Position numbers and translations under genes: made by a program
Notes under the pieces: model-generated
What the model saw: only the letters and a program-made list of their open reading frames with translations
Databases searched by the model: none
Told to the model about the DNA's origin: nothing
Shown: positions 63,480 through 64,000 of the stretch, in pieces
How positions within the stretch are numbered: position 1 is the stretch's first letter
Layout: every line of letters begins with the position of its first letter
Assembly (NCBI GenBank): GCA_951406725.2
Contig: OX597820.1
Location: 8,804,001 to 8,868,000, forward strand
DNA: 64,000 nt
Direction of reading: 5' to 3'
From: Octopus vulgaris
Lineage: Eukaryota

Positions 63480-63875
63480 CTGAGGTTGGGGGTAAACAAG
63501 GGCATGCTCCCCTTAGAAAATCCAGCTCTGAAAAAACCTCATGACAATAACAAAGAAGCATGGGCATCAGCCAACCCAACAGTTGGGGTGGGCTGCACCT
63601 TCAAAAAGGAAAATGCAAACCCTCATCCTGAGTTGTGCAAGCATGACTTGCCTTATGATGGCCAATGGCCTGAGGAGAAGTTTGGGGTGAGGCTGGGAAG
63701 TTGGAATCTGGGTAGTCTGTATGGAAGGGGAACTGAGGTGTGTGACGAATTGAGGAAGAGAAGGGTGGATGTGTGCTGTATGCAGAAGGCTTGATGGAGA
63801 GGCCAGGGTGCAAGATTTGTTGGGGTCAAAGGAAGAAGGTACAAGTTGTAGTGGTTGGAAAATGGTAAGGGGACT
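63480..63875 (+). mobile_element. RTE LINE 5' end (UTR plus start of AP endonuclease)
   Basis: VRLGSWNLGSLYGRGTEVCDELRKRRVDVCCMQ..*WRGQGA is a typical RTE APE N-terminus. Confidence 0.8.
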
Positions 63876-64000
63876 TATGACATCATCATCATCGTTTAAC
63901 ATCCGCTTTCCATGCTAGCATGGGTTGGACGGTTTGACTGAGGGCTGGCGAACCAGATGGCTGCACCAGGCTCTAATCTGATCTGGCAGAGTTTCTACAG

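Overview
Eukaryotic, AT-rich, microsatellite-dense genomic DNA. The SINE and LINE families point to an octopus (coleoid cephalopod) genome, which is an inference from repeat content. The window holds one complete protein-coding gene on the minus strand: a TTC39B-like tetratricopeptide-repeat protein. I assembled it by hand from 17 coding exons between 2736 and 55093. All introns are GT-AG with matching phases, giving a 1842-nt CDS and 613 aa. The introns and flanks are packed with tRNA-derived SINEs, RTE, CR1 and R4/Dong-like LINE fragments, non-autonomous Helitrons, mariner elements and Penelope-like remnants. The most striking non-coding signal is a set of about ten hammerhead-ribozyme-like motifs (CUGAnGA - stem II - GAAAC - usually palindromic stem III - GUH). 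They lie in short elements, mostly inserted in or beside (TA)n tracts. One has an intact core on the pre-mRNA strand of intron 7, and two occur as long palindromic pairs. Most ORF-track entries are microsatellite or SINE artefacts.
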